Origin: Octopus bimaculoides
Taxonomy: Eukaryota
Assembly: GCF_001194135.2 (NCBI RefSeq)
Contig: NC_069004.1
Span: 3,315,632 to 3,379,631, forward strand
Length of the DNA stretch: 64,000 bases
Direction: 5' to 3'
This document shows, piece by piece, positions 1 to 14,898 of the stretch. The notes below the pieces were generated by a model that saw only the letters and a list, made by a program, of their open reading frames with translations, had not been told where the DNA came from and ran no database searches. Position 1 is the stretch's first letter. Each line of letters begins with the position of its first letter. A program made the position numbers and the translations under genes.

Positions 1-47
<47 letters not shown>

Positions 48-329
48 GTACTGCTAGACAACCAATGCCGGTTTGTCTCCATGCTTGTAACTTAGTGGTT
101 CAGCAAAAGTGACTGATAGAATAAGTACCAGACACTTATAGAAATAAGTCGACTGGTACTGATTTGTTCAATTAAATCCATTGAGGGCTGTGCTTCAGCA
201 GTACCAGGTAGTGGCTCTCATGGCTTCTGATCTTAACTGACTGGAAGTGTTATCATGTACATTGTGTTGGTTTGGTATAAAAGATGGGCTACAGCAAATA
301 TTCTGCTCAATACCACAGATTTGCTTGTC

Positions 330-719
330 AGTTGCTTGACCGTAACAAGTTGAGCATGTCTCCTGATGGCTGACGATATGTGCATCTCTGATCATGAGCA
401 GAAGTAGTGGGGGAGCATCACAGCCATGTGTTGAGAGGAACTCTTTGAAATTAGAATAATTCACTTCTGTTAACATGGGTGTTCTGTTCAGGGACATTTC
501 GAGCAGGATGGGCTACTCGACCTGAAGAAAATTCTAACTAGGCCCCACTTGCAAGGTCATGTATTGTTTATCTTGATATGAGATCACCATGTTGTGCACA
601 CATGGTTGTGATACATGTGCCTAGTGTACCCTTATTAGATGGGCAGTCATGATGGGTATACTGGGCTTCGTATATTTTACCCTAGTGTCACTTTGATGGC
701 ATGCACTGCTCTCTCACTC

Positions 720-750
<31 letters not shown>
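330..750 (+). repeat. probable interspersed repeat ending in a (TAA)n tail
   Basis: Ends in CTCTCTCACTC followed by (AAT)n at 720-750. Single copy in this window; recognised from memory of octopus repeats only. Confidence 0.4.
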
Positions 751-754
<4 letters not shown>

Positions 755-901
755 CAACAATGATAATTATAATAACAAATGAATAACAATGAGAAACTGA
801 GTTAGGTAGATGTTTAACATTTATAGAAGCATGACATGATAGAAGTGCAACATTATTAAAGGTGTGACATGATGCAGGTGTAACATGATAGGGATGTAAG
901 A

Positions 902-3900
902 TTACGGAGGCGTGACATTCATGTAAGTACCAATCGGTTTCACTTGGACTTCTTGACTGATGACTTGTTGCACAAGACTAGGAGAGAGTTTCGATAGCAA
1001 TTCCTGTTCGCCCGTTGTTGTTGTTGGTGGTGCTGCTGCTGCTGATGATGACGATGATGACGACGACGAGGCTGCTGATGACGATAACAATGATGCTACT
1101 GCTGATGATGACTGATTCTGAGACATGCCAGGGGTTGGCACTGCCGTTGGAGATGAAAACAAGCAAACTGACGAAGTGCCTCGAAAGCTTGTGGAGTCCC
1201 AGTTGGTGGCGCCTTTCGTTGTTCTTCTACGTTTCCTTTTAGCGGTCGGCTCTTCATTCGGCTCTGAAGGTTTGCTGTCGTCGGAAGGTTTGGAGAACCT
1301 CCCTCGTTGACGCTGAGACGACCTGACTGGGTCGAGGACTTTCGGTTTCGGTTTCGTCTTTGAGCCCACAGGACGACCGACCCTCCTCTTCTGCGGCGCT
1401 GGAAATATATATTCACACAGGCTGGCTTTTAAAAACACAAAAAGCAATAATCAGACAAGTCTATCAACGGTTTTGTAATATAACAATGTCTATGAGAGTG
1501 ACAACCATCATCAAAAGACAGATACAACAATGGCAAAAGACTGCTTTGCAATGCTTAATCACAGATCTTAATGGAAAACTATGATACCCCTGCTTGAAAT
1601 TTGGTAGCCTTGGATGTGGCAGTACACCCATATGCCACTGAGTCACACATATCATACGCCACCATATACCACTGATTGTATACCACTGATTGTATACACA
1701 CATTGTATGCCACTATAAGCCACCGAGTCACACATATCATTCAAGTAACATTCAAGTTTTGTACCATTAACAATTCACTTACCATTTCCCGGAGTGCCAT
1801 CGGCTGCCGTTGAGGATGACAATGTCTCGTCGGTTTCCGACGTTAGTATTTCAGTTTTCACAGAGTTGTGTGCGCTTTGCATGGCATTAACCTCGCTTTG
1901 CACGGCAATATTCCCAGTCAGTTGTCCCGTAGTGTCATCAGCATGATCTGTCAATACCTCTGTCTTTGGAACAACTTTCTTAGGCCTGGCATTTCGTTTA
2001 GGAGTAATCAGGGGATATCTGACGGAAACAAAGGAAAAAATAATGGTAAATAACAGAAAGTAGAGGAAAGGCAGAATCAGTAAGAGATTATGAGGATTAT
2101 CAGATTATCAAGATAATAGGATAAAGAGTAAAAATCCCTTTCAGTTATGGTGGTGGTGGTCGTCATCATCATGTGAAAGTATGAGAGACAAGAACAGGTG
2201 TTTTTCTAATGAGAAGATACTCGGCTTCCTCAGCTGGAAAGAGAGAGTGGGGAGAGAGAGGGAGAGAGAGAGAGGGAGAGAGAGAGAGGGAGAGNNNNNN
2301 NNNNNNNNNNNNNNNNNNNNNNNNNNNNNNNNNNNNNNNNNNNNNNNNNNNNNNNNNNNNNNNNNNNNNNNNNNNNNNNNNNNNNNNNNNNNNNNNNNNN
2401 NNNNNNNNNNNNNNNNNNNNNNNNNNNNNNNNNNNNNNNNNNNNNNNNNNNNNNNNNNNNNNNNNNNNNNNNNNNNNNNNNNNNNNNNNNNNNNNNNNNN
2501 NNNNNNNNNNNNNNNNNNNNNNNNNNNNNNNNNNNNNNNNNNNNNNNNNNNNNNNNNNNNNNNNNNNNNNNNNNNNNNNNNNNNNNNNNNNNNNNNNNNN
2601 NNNNNNNNNNNNNNNNNNNNNNNNNNNNNNNNNNNNNNNNNNNNNNNNNNNNNNNNNNNNNNNNNNNNNNNNNNNNNNNNNNNNNNNNNNNNNNNNNNNN
2701 NNNNNNNNNNNNNNNNNNNNNNNNNNNNNNNNNNNNNNNNNNNNNNNNNNNNNNNNNNNNNNNNNNNNNNNNNNNNNNNNNNNNNNNNNNNNNNNNNNNN
2801 NNNNNNNNNNNNNNNNNNNNNNNNNNNNNNNNNNNNNNNNNNNNNNNNNNNNNNNNNNNNNNNNNNNNNNNNNNNNNNNNNNNNNNNNNNNNNNNNNNNN
2901 NNNNNNNNNNNNNNNNNNNNNNNNNNNNNNNNNNNNNNNNNNNNNNNNNNNNNNNNNNNNNNNNNNNNNNNNNNNNNNNNNNNNNNNNNNNNNNNNNNNN
3001 NNNNNNNNNNNNNNNNNNNNNNNNNNNNNNNNNNNNNNNNNNNNNNNNNNNNNNNNNNNNNNNNNNNNNNNNNNNNNNNNNNNNNNNNNCGGATCTTTGT
3101 TCAAAACCTCATCTAAAAAATGAAATGATAATAATAATAATAATAATAATAATAGAGGTAACTCGAATGTGGAATCTAAAAACAGAAACAATTCCTATCA
3201 TAGTAGGTGCATTAGGTATAATAAAAAAATATTCAGACAAATACATAACAAAAACACCAGGACTTACAAATGTATATAACATACAGAAAATTGCACTACT
3301 GGGCACTGCACACATCCTACGCAAAACACTTTCAATACAGTAACCATAAGAGCATCACAGCAAACCACAGCACATACCCAAGGCACACAGAGCTGTGCTC
3401 GGTAGTGAAGTGAAAGCACGTTATAAAAATAAAACTACTCAACAATAATAATAATAATTAGGTGAACCCTAATTGAGGACATTCTTCACCAAAGGTGTTC
3501 CAAATGTGACCATCCTGACCTTTGGCATATCAGAAACTAAAGAGGAGGAGGAAGAGGAGGAGGAGCAAGAGGAGAATTAGTGCCTCACTCACCATACTGC
3601 TCAGCTGTTTTCTTCAGTTTTGGTTGTTCTTGGAGCAACATTCGCAATGCGTTAAGTGTGGCCAAGTTTGGAGGGATGGTGTCTCCAGTATTCACTGTCC
3701 GGTCCGGCTCGTAAGAAAAGTCCACCGATGTCAAATCCGTGCTGAATGAACTGAGAAACATGAGTCGGAAATCTTCTCTCTGGGTTTCTTCCACTGAGTC
3801 ATCCAAGGGTTCTGTGATTCGCTTTGCCTTGATTTTTTGGTATAAGCTGTTCCTGGGGCCAAGAGCCTGGAACAGATGCAAAAATGGAATAATGATTTTT

Positions 3901-4771
3901 TTATCTGGCATGGTGGTGGTGGTGGTGGTGGTGGTGGTGGTAGGGGCTGTGTGATTAAGAAGTTTGCTTTCCCTCTGTATGATCACAAGTTCAATCCCAC
4001 TCCATGGCATCTTGGATAATTGTCTCCACAAAAGCCTCTGGNNNNNNNNNNNNNNNNNNNNNNNNNNNNNNNNNNNNNNNNNNNNNNNNNNNNNNNNNNN
4101 NNNNNNNNNNNNNNNNNNNNNNNNNNNNNNNNNNNNNNNNNNNNNNNNNNNNNNNNNNNNNNNNNNNNNNNNNNNNNNNNNNNNNNNNNNNNNNNNNNNN
4201 NNNNNNNNNNNNNNNNNNNNNNNNNNNNNNNNNNNNNNNNNNNNNNNNNNNNNNNNNNNNNNNNNNNNNNNNNNNNNNNNNNNNNNNNNNNNNNNNNNNN
4301 NNNNNNNNNNNNNNNNNNNNNNNNNNNNNNNNNNNNNNNNNNNNNNNNNNNNNNNNNNNNNNNNNNNNNNNNNNNNNNNNNNNNNNNNNNNNNNNNNNNN
4401 NNNNNNNNNNNNNNNNNNNNNNNNNNNNNNNNNNNNNNNNNNNNNNNNNNNNNNNNNNNNNNNNNNNNNNNNNNNNNNNNNNNNNNNNNNNNNNNNNNNN
4501 NNNNNNNNNNNNNNNNNNNNNNNNNNNNNNNNNNNNNNNNNNNNNNNNNNNNNNNNNNNNNNNNNNNNNNNNNNNNNNNNNNNNNNNNNNNNNNNNNNNN
4601 NNNNNNNNNNNNNNNNNNNNNNNNNNNNNNNNNNNNNNNNNNNNNNNNNNNNNNNNNNNNNNNNNNNNNNNNNNNNNNNNNNNNNNNNNNNNNNNNNNNN
4701 NNNNNNNNNNNNNNNNNNNNNNNNNNNNNNNNNNNNNNNNNNNNNNNAAAAAAAAAAAAAAAAAAATAATG

Positions 4772-4809
<38 letters not shown>

Positions 4810-7800
4810 CCTTCCCACTATAGGTAGAGGGCCCAGAATTCTTGTAGATGAGGCTAGTTGATTAAATCAACTCCTATACTTAACTGATTTTTATTTCATG
4901 GACCCTAAAAGGATGAAAGGCAAAGTTAACCTCGGCAGAATTTGAACTCGAAATGTAAAGAGCCAAAAAGAAATTCTGCTAAGCATCATATCCGATGCGC
5001 TGCTAATGATTCCCTCCAGCTCACCACCTTAAACGAACACCAGTTTAATATTGACAGATATTTTACTAAATTCTTCAATATATTCCAAAATTAACCCTTT
5101 AACATTTAAACCAGCCGAATCCAGCCGAAATATTCTAGCAGTTTTGTGCTTAAATCAGCCAGATTCAGTCTCTCACACCAACCCTACAATGCCATTCTAA
5201 AAAAAAATAAACCATCACATCATCGAAATCTTGAAGCTACAAGATAACACATGTTTAATTCAAAGTTGTATGGATAAAAGAACCGTCAGATTTGACAGAG
5301 CAATTTGAGTGCTTAAAGGGTTAAACGAAATTAAGGCAGTGCATTTCAAGAGGAATTTGGTAACAAAAGACTTAAATCTATCACTCACCTTCAAACGGTT
5401 GGAGTCGGTTTACGTAATTCTCTTTTAGCCAATGAATATACAACAAGTCTTTGATTTCTTGGTCTACAGTAGCAAGTATAAGCTTTGAGTTCTTGTCACC
5501 TTTTTTATCTGGCTTCTGACTAAAGCCACGGGCCACCCTAAGGATCTCAGATACCCGAGTACTGGGCTTCAGTTGATCCAGTTTAGAGTGCATAAGGGAA
5601 TACTACAAGAAAAAGAAGGGATACATACAGTTTAAAGGTTATATGATTGAGAAGAGCATTTTCTAACAACAAGGTTTAGAGCAGTGATTCTCAACTGGGG
5701 TCCAAATGGCCCCTGAGGATCCATATAAGATTTTTGGGGGGTCCACATAACAAAATAGTAAATTGAGGGGTCCACAATAGTATTTTAAGGGCCCTCGAAA
5801 AACTGTTGCTTTAGATGTATCTCGTATTGGTTATGTATTGCAAGAAACAGGTTTCTTTCTCTAACATTTTTACGTAGTTCAACTTACATCAGTTTATGTG
5901 TGAAAAACAAAATAGGGATTTTGAAAGAAGTTTCTATAAAACTAGTTTTTAAACATCGAATGGCTATGGCGGTGTCCACCAAAATAAAATAGTAGAATCA
6001 AAGGAGTCCACAGACAAAAATGGTTGAGAACCCCTGGTTTAGAGCAATGGTTCTTAACCATTTCTTGCCAATGAACCCCTTTGATTACTGTTCTGTTCTG
6101 GTGGACCTCCAAAGCCATTCATGATGACAATGCTGATGACAATAATCATTTCTGTTAGAGGCACAAGGCCTGGAATTTGTGGGCAGGGAGCCAGTCGATT
6201 AGATCAACCCCAGTATGTAACTGGTAATTATTTAATCGACCCCTGAAAGGATGAAAGGCAAAGTTGACCTCAGCAGAATTTGAACTCAGAACATAAAGAT
6301 AGATGAAATACTGCTAAGCATTTCGCCTGGCGTGCTAACGATTCTGCCAGCTCGTATCCTTTGATGATGACATGTAATGATGACAATAATGGCAATAACT
6401 ACGATGACGATGATGACAATACAAAAAATTTTTTTAAATAAACAAATAACTTACAGCTTTGTCTGTCTTTTCTCTGGATTTTATCTCGCCAGATTCAACA
6501 AGTTGGCTTTGAACAAATTCTTCAATTCTTTGACGCAGTTTGTTCCTCGTATCCCATACTTTTGTGACATTCGGAGAGTACTTCCGCAACAACGGAGGCC
6601 GGGGTACATAGGGGTCACCTGTAATCAACAGAGTAACAATGAAGGATAGGTGAGTCTTAAAACTAGGTGACAAAGGCTAGACAACAGTCTTAAAATTAAG
6701 ACAAAGGGAATCTTGGTTTGGATACCAATACTCAACCTAATAGTTACTATTCCTTCATAAAACGAACTCTGACAGAAAAACACAAGACTCACCTTTTCTG
6801 GAATCGAGTTCCTGTTTCACCAAATCTCTTTTGAGATTATCTTGCTGCCATTTCTGGAGAATATTGTTGAAAGTGTTCTGATACTTAGAAGGGCGAGCTA
6901 GAGGTATCAACTCCTGAAAAATATTTTTAAAAAAAACAAATATATATAGGTTTGCCTCAAAAGTTTACCTCTATCTGACCCATGCAAGCATGGAAAAGTG
7001 GACATTAAAAGTGACAATGACAATGATGATGATGATGATGATGATGATTAGCAAACTTTCTTCTCATTGTATTCCATTTCTGACTTGATGGTCACAGCTG
7101 AGATATAAATCTTTTACCATGGGTTCTGCTTGACATAAGCTGCTGACCAGCAGATCGACAACAACAACAACAACAAGAGCAGCAGCAGCAGCAGCAGCAG
7201 CAAACAGACAGAAGTGACCTCATAACTAATGCAAAGACTTCCCAGTTAGATAAATATGAGCAAAAAAACAAAATCTGTAAAAGAAAAATATCTTTTGAAG
7301 AAGAAGACTAAAGAAAGACTTACATCCAAAGATTTTCCAGACTCAACAAGATCCGCATATTTACTGACATCAAAGTTAGGCATGAAATAAGACTTGGATT
7401 CATCCTGAAAAAACAAGAAAAAGTTAATAAGTTAAATGAAAAAGAAATTGATAATAATTTGTAAAATACGATACATTAGTATACAGGTTGCAGCTGTGTA
7501 GCCAAAGGTGTCGCTATGTAGCAGGGCTGTGGTTTTCTGAGAAAAGTCTCCATTCTACTATATTGTCCAGCAATACGAAAGATCCTGGTAGGTGTAAGAG
7601 ACTAATTGGCATCTCTGGTCAAGAGTACAGGCGACAGTCGGACCACGGATGTTTGTTGTGCACCCCGCTGTCGTTATTTGATTTCTGTTATTCCGTGCGT
7701 CTTTGTTTAGAGATCAGTTGTGTTTTGCAGGGTTGTTTTATTTTCACCCTTAATTTAGAAATGGAGAAAGACATAAGTGCTAGATATATAAAAAAATAAG

Positions 7801-7912
7801 CCATTTAGGGCAATAAATATTGCGGAGAAAACATGAAATTCTTCAAGCAGGCTTGAAGTCTTATGCAAAATCTGTGATGAACCTGAGTGATGCTGATCAC
7901 CTGGAATTGTGA

Positions 7913-7989
<77 letters not shown>

Positions 7990-10156
7990 GTATATATATA
8001 TATATATATATGTTTCATTTTTAGATGGGTCATAGTCCTGTAAATATATGCCTACACTGTTGTTAGAATCATTGACAAGCATATAAATACTATTTCAGTG
8101 TATGTTGTGTGAGGGGTGGGGATTGATTCCCAGAAGGTATTTTCTCCGGGAGGGGACAATTTGTTCAAACTAAACAACAATAACAACAATTGGGTCTTTA
8201 AATTTCCTTGGAACATATTCCTTGGCTATTATGTATCATGGAATGGTTAGCAATAATATTCATTGTTTTTATAAAGTTATTGTAGAATTTTAAATTTATA
8301 TAACTATAAATTGCACAAAAGATGATACACTGACAGAACCATTAGCATGTGAAGCAAAATGCTTAATAGTACTGCTTCTGGATCTCTTGATGTTCTGAGT
8401 TCAAATCCTGCCGAGGCCAAATTTGTCTTTCATCCCTTTGGTGTTGATAAAATATAGTACCAGTCAAATACTGGGGAGAGCGACGTAATTGACTTGTCTC
8501 TTGCCCTCAAAATTACTGTCTTTGAACCTTGCAACAGATGGGCATCTTGTTTGGGGGAAAATATTGTGATCTTAATCCCTCACATGGCATAGAAACTGTG
8601 CAACTGGCCTTATTGGTCCTAGGACTCAAGAAGAATAAAAACAATAAAAAAATATATTAAAAAACAATAAAAAATTTAATAAAAGATAAGTGATCATCTT
8701 ACAGACTGCTTTTTTACAAAATTTGCTTGATCTCGCCATTTCTTGAGTCGGTAATATTGAGTGGAACATAACTGATCGGTACGGCCCGGCAGGTGAGCTG
8801 CGACAGCAGCCCAGTTACCAGCTGAAAGGTAAACAACACAGATTCATCACCATCATCATCACCGCCACTACCATCACCATCACTCATCATTTTTATGTCT
8901 AATTTTCCATACTTGATCAGACGAAATTCATTGGGACAACCTAATTCATTCTACAGCCAGATGCCTTTCCTGTCACCAATCCTCACCCGTTTCTGAGTTA
9001 GGCAATATTCACCCTAGTCTTTCAAACATGAACAGCACAATGAATGGCCATGTTTTCATGGAAGATTGCATACAAATGACACCACTGGTATATCCTTTTT
9101 TAAATCTAAGAACTTCATCAACCTACTGAAATTTAGATTTGAAATTTTCACTAAATGCAAACATCTAGAGAAGTTTCGATTATTGAACTGGAGAACATTA
9201 CCCTCTCCAAGTTCAACATACAGTCTTACAAACTTTAACCTTTTCTTGTCACATTAACCACATGAAACATTGTTAATTCCCAATGCTAACAGATCAAGGG
9301 ACACAACTCTTATCCCTTTCCCTACATGCTTTTATTTTCATTTCCTTTTTCCTCTCACTCTTTTTTGCTTTGTCTCAGAGAGTAGCCATGTTTTATTTTG
9401 AGCCTGATAGTACAAAGCATGCTATACAAGCTCATCTAACTGGTGTACTCTAAGAAGCATGAAACTTATGGTAGCTTGCACTTAAATCCTACATGCACAC
9501 AAACACACACATACACAAGGATTGCCTAAAAGTTATTTCTAGTTTATCTATTTGGTTGTTAATCAAATATGAATGTAAATATAATTACTAGAATAACAAA
9601 ACAACATGGAATCAAAATTAAAAAAATAAAGGAAAACAATAATAGCACATAGTCCTGAAAAGTAGTAAAGTCTGTTACTTGTAGCCAGATTTAGCAGCCC
9701 TACTTTCCATCATTGAAGATGGGGATCTATTATTTAATATTCATTGTAAAAGATGGATAAATAGGTTAATTAGATGTAAATGGTAATCTTATTAAGAGCA
9801 AAAACTCATATTAAACATTTAATGATTGGGTTTGCTTCAAGAAAGGAATTTAAGAAATGTAGGAATTCACAGCACATACCTCCATTCTCTTGGACGTATT
9901 TCAATAATAATTTATCTTCCTCATAGGTAAATGGTCCTGAGTTAATACCAGGATCCAAGCAGTTGACCCACCTGAAAATGACAGAGATTATATCTATATA
10001 GGCATGACTGTGTGGTAAGAAGCTAGCTTCCCAGCCACATGGTTCTGGGTTCAGTCCCACTGCTTGGCACCTTGGCCAAGTGTCTTCTACTATAGCCTCG
10101 AGCCGACCAAAGCTGTGTAAATGGATTTGGTAGACGGAAACTGAAAGAAGCTCGTC

Positions 10157-10194
<38 letters not shown>

Positions 10195-11156
10195 TATGTA
10201 TGTATTTGTGTTTGTTTTTGACCCCCACCACCATCACTTGACAACCGATGTTGGTGTGTTTACATCCCCCGTAACTTAGCAGTTCGGCAAAAGAAACAGA
10301 TAGAATAAGTACTAGGCTTACAAAGAAGTCCTGGGGTCAATTTGTTTGACTAAAGGTGGTNNNNNNNNNNNNNNNNNNNNNNNNNNNNNNNNNNNNNNNN
10401 NNNNNNNNNNNNNNNNNNNNNNNNNNNNNNNNNNNNNNNNNNNNNNNNNNNNNNNNNNNNNNNNNNNNNNNNNNNNNNNNNNNNNNNNNNNNNNNNNNNN
10501 NNNNNNNNNNNNNNNNNNNNNNNNNNNNNNNNNNNNNNNNNNNNNNNNNNNNNNNNNNNNNNNNNNNNNNNNNNNNNNNNNNNNNNNNNNNNNNNNNNNN
10601 NNNNNNNNNNNNNNNNNNNNNNNNNNNNNNNNNNNNNNNNNNNNNNNNNNNNNNNNNNNNNNNNNNNNNNNNNNNNNNNNNNNNNNNNNNNNNNNNNNNN
10701 NNNNNNNNNNNNNNNNNNNNNNNNNNNNNNNNNNNNNNNNNNNNNNNNNNNNNNNNNNNNNNNNNNNNNNNNNNNNNNNNNNNNNNNNNNNNNNNNNNNN
10801 NNNNNNNNNNNNNNNNNNNNNNNNNNNNNNNNNNNNNNNNNNNNNNNNNNNNNNNNNNNNNNNNNNNNNNNNNNNNNNNNNNNNNNNNNNNNAAAAAAAA
10901 ATAAAAAAAATAAAAAAAGGAAAAAAATTACATTGATACACTCTAAATTAGAGGTTCCCAAAACGAGCAGTGCTTACCCCCCCCCCATCCCGGGGAGGCA
11001 GTGGCAAAATCCAGATGGGCATTGAAAAAATGTGAGGGTGATAAAGGGGTGGCCAAAAGGGAGCAACGGATGTAAAAGCAAACGAAATAATGGGTTAAGT
11101 TAAGTTTTATTTGTGAAATACAGTTGTTATGAATTTGCGCATACATACATATATAC

Positions 11157-11187
<31 letters not shown>

Positions 11188-11784
11188 CATATATATGTTA
11201 TGGCTTGTATCACGCTGATGCTCGTTTACAACTATCACAAAATACCGAGACAAGGTGACAGTAAAACATACTCCCCCACCCGCCACCCCACATATATACA
11301 TGTATGTATATTTGACTTTATAGGCACCAATTTGAGACATAAATGAGTAACAGGCCCGTAAAAGACCACAGAATACTTACAGAATCTTCTTCCTGTGTCC
11401 ATCGACCATGCTTGATGCTCGGATCCAACACCGTCCAGCGAGCAATACAGGCAGTATTACTACGGCCTTCCATATAGAATGACACTGAAAAAAAAAAAAA
11501 AATTGAATAAATAAATAAATAATAAAATAATAATGATGATGATGATGATGATCTTTTCTATTATAGGCACAAGGCCTGAAATTTGGGGGAAGGGAATAGT
11601 TGATAACATCAACCCCAGTATTCCACTGGTACTTAATTTATCAACCCCGAAAGGATGAAAGGTAAAGTTGACCTCGGTGGAATTTGAACTCAGAACATAG
11701 CAGCAGACGAAATATCACCGAACACTTTGCTTGGCAAGCCAACGATTCTGCCAGCTCACCACCTTAATAATGATAACGATAATG

Positions 11785-11815
<31 letters not shown>

Positions 11816-14800
11816 GAGCACTCAGAGCATGCGGTCATGACAAGAGTACCAACAAACAAACACACACACATACATGTGTGTGTGTGTGTGTGTGTGTGTG
11901 CATGCACGCATGTGTGTGACGGGCTTCTTTCAGTTTCTATCTGCTAAATCCACCCACAAGGCTTCTGGTCAACCCAGGGCTATAGTAGAAGATATTTGCC
12001 AAAAGTGCCATGCAGTGTGACTGTACCTGGGGCCGTAAGGTTGGGAAGCAACCCCCTTAACTACACAACCATGCTCGCATCAATGCCCATTTAAATACAT
12101 TAAAACATACCTTGGTTCCAAGGAATACGATTGCCAATACGACAGCTTTCGACAACTTCTTTCAAAATTTTGTCTTCTTCTTCTGTCCAGCCCCTGTACA
12201 AAACATTACGTAGAGGGTAGGTTTGAGTGGAAGAGCTGCAGGGTCAGTAAGGGAGGAGGGGAAACGGTCAGTAGGAGTTTCAAAAAAGGGAGATATTAAT
12301 GATGCAGTGGTCCAAGTGGTTTCTCAAGGCCAGAGGTCAGTAGAAGTGGTGGGAGGTTTTTAAAAAAAATGGGCAAGGATAAACTGGACAACGAGGTCCT
12401 TATACAATATGCTGTGCCTAAAACAAAGACAAAAGATTGATGAGACAGGCACAGCTGAAACACCATTGATCATAAGTCTGCTTAATCAAGACTCAATGGC
12501 AGTTTCTTCATGTCTGGAGACTGTAAGGAAGCCCAACAGACCCTCAAGTGGTTATGTAAACCGGTCCTTGATACAGCAGGGGTTTTCTTCAAGCCTGTGC
12601 AATGTAGTTTTAACTCTTTAGCATTTAAACCAGCCACATTCAATCAAAACAATCTACCTGTTTTATCTTCAAACTGGCCAGATCTGGCCTCTCACACCTA
12701 CCCTACAATGTCATTCTAAAAATAAACAATCACATCACTGAAATCTCAAAGCTACAAGGTGACGCATGACTAATTTTTATCAAGGTGAATGAATAAAGAT
12801 GGCATTTGACAGGGTAGTCTGAATGCTAAGGGGTTAAAGTGAGGGTCAGTTTGTGCAAACCAATCCCAGTCCTTAGACTTGAAGGTCAGTCTGCAATGGC
12901 TTAGTGGGCTGAAGCAGCTGTAGTGGCTGGCAAACCATAGGTTTTATACTGGAGTGGCCTTCACCAAGGTGAATTGCCTTACAGGGCTGGAAAGTTCCAC
13001 CTACCCTGGGGCTAAACAAGAATAGCAAGTACTACTTACCGTTTAGTGAAGGAGTCAAGTTCTCGCCTGTAATGCTGCAAACAATGCATAGGTGTGCGAT
13101 TGGTCTGTAGAGAAATAATAATAATAATAATGATGATAACGATGATGATGATGATGTAAGGATCATTTTGTTATTGGTCACAAGGGCTGCACATAAAACA
13201 AAGGACAATAGGGATTTAAGTGCCCGCAGCATGTGTAAGGACTTTTGAGCGAGATCGTTGCCAGTGCCCCTGGACTGGCTCTTGTGTGGGTGGCACATAA
13301 AATACACCATTTTGAGTGTGGCCGTTGCCGGTACCGACTGACTGGCCTTCATGCCGGTGGCACGTAAAAGCACCCACTACACTCTCGGAGTGGTTGGCGT
13401 TAGGAAGGGCATCCAGCTGGAGAAACTCTGCCAACTCAGATTGGAACCTGGTGTAGCCATCTGGTTTCACCAGTCCTCAGTCAAATCATCCAACCCATGC
13501 TAACATGGAAAGCGGACGTTAAACGATGATGATGATGATGATGATGACATGTAAACAATAAAAACAATGACAATTAGCAATAAAATTCCCCAAAAGGGGT
13601 GATTAAGGAACCCTACAAATCCTGGGTCACTCTGTTTATCAAGAGTAACATGGCAAGTGCTCCTACCACCTGAGCCTGCATACACCAGCATTTACCTGAA
13701 CTAAGATCGCCAGAGTCACCCACCTTTCAGCAAATTGACTGAGGGTGGGGGGAAGCACACCCCTCTCAATCCTCACCTTTTATCTCATACGTCTTCGAAG
13801 GTGAGAAACCAGATGATTTGTCAACAGGGGAAACGACAACAATGTCACCACTTGTAGGTCAGTGAATTCTGGAGCAGCATAAATGTAAACACGCACATAC
13901 ACACACATGTATACGTATGTATGTATGTATGTATGTATGCCAGGACATCTTTCAGTTTCCATCTACCAAATCCACTCAAAGACTGTGGTCAGCCCAGACC
14001 CAGGGTTACAAGTAAAAGACACCCACTTGCCCAAGATGGTAAGCAATAGGACAGGGGGAAAAATGAAGAAACATAGCAGTTCGGCAAAAGAAATCGATAG
14101 AATAAGTACTAGGCATACAAAGTATAAGCCCTGATTTGCTCGACTAAGCCCCATTAGGGTGGTGCTCCAGCATGGCTGCAATCGAATGACTGAAACAAGT
14201 AAAAGAATAAAAGAATAAAAAAAAAAAAACATAATTAATTTGAAATGTAAATTGCCAACAGATGATTGCTACCAGAATGAGAATTGGCAGAAATTGAGAC
14301 TTGAAAATAACTTACATTCAGTTCTTTGGCAATTCTCTGCCATTGGTGCCGTCCATGAAGCTCCACTAATTTTCTGAGCCGCATTGTCTCCTCCTTGGTC
14401 CAGGGTTTCTTGTTAATGCCAGGTTGTAACCAATTCCGCCACATCAGCCGACAGGAAAATTCAGAGTGTCTATCACAGAACTGAAATGAGAGGATTACAT
14501 CAAAGAAATAATTACCATTATAGCCATTTGATTAATTATTTGCTAAACAAGCACAAATTCTAAAAATACAAATTGAAAATGGTTCTGTGTATGTGAGTAT
14601 GAGTGTGAGCGAGTGTGTGAATGTATATGTGTGTGTGTGTGTGACATCACGTGTTGGTCGTAGGTGAGCATCACCCTCATACAAGCAGTGTCGATCCTTT
14701 ACAAACTTCCATGCAAAAAACATGTTAGGGGGCCCTTGAGGAAATAACACCTTGCTTAGAAACAAGTGATAGGAAGGGCAGTCAGCCATAGAAAATCTGG

Positions 14801-14863
14801 CTGAATGAATTCTGTCTAACTCATGCTAGCATGGAAAAGGAGAAGAAGGAGGAAGAGGAGGGG

Positions 14864-14898
<35 letters not shown>

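Noticed and set aside
7755-8082. ORFs with [18 protein letters not shown] or poly-I/N/T runs
   Set aside because: Translations of di- and trinucleotide microsatellites.
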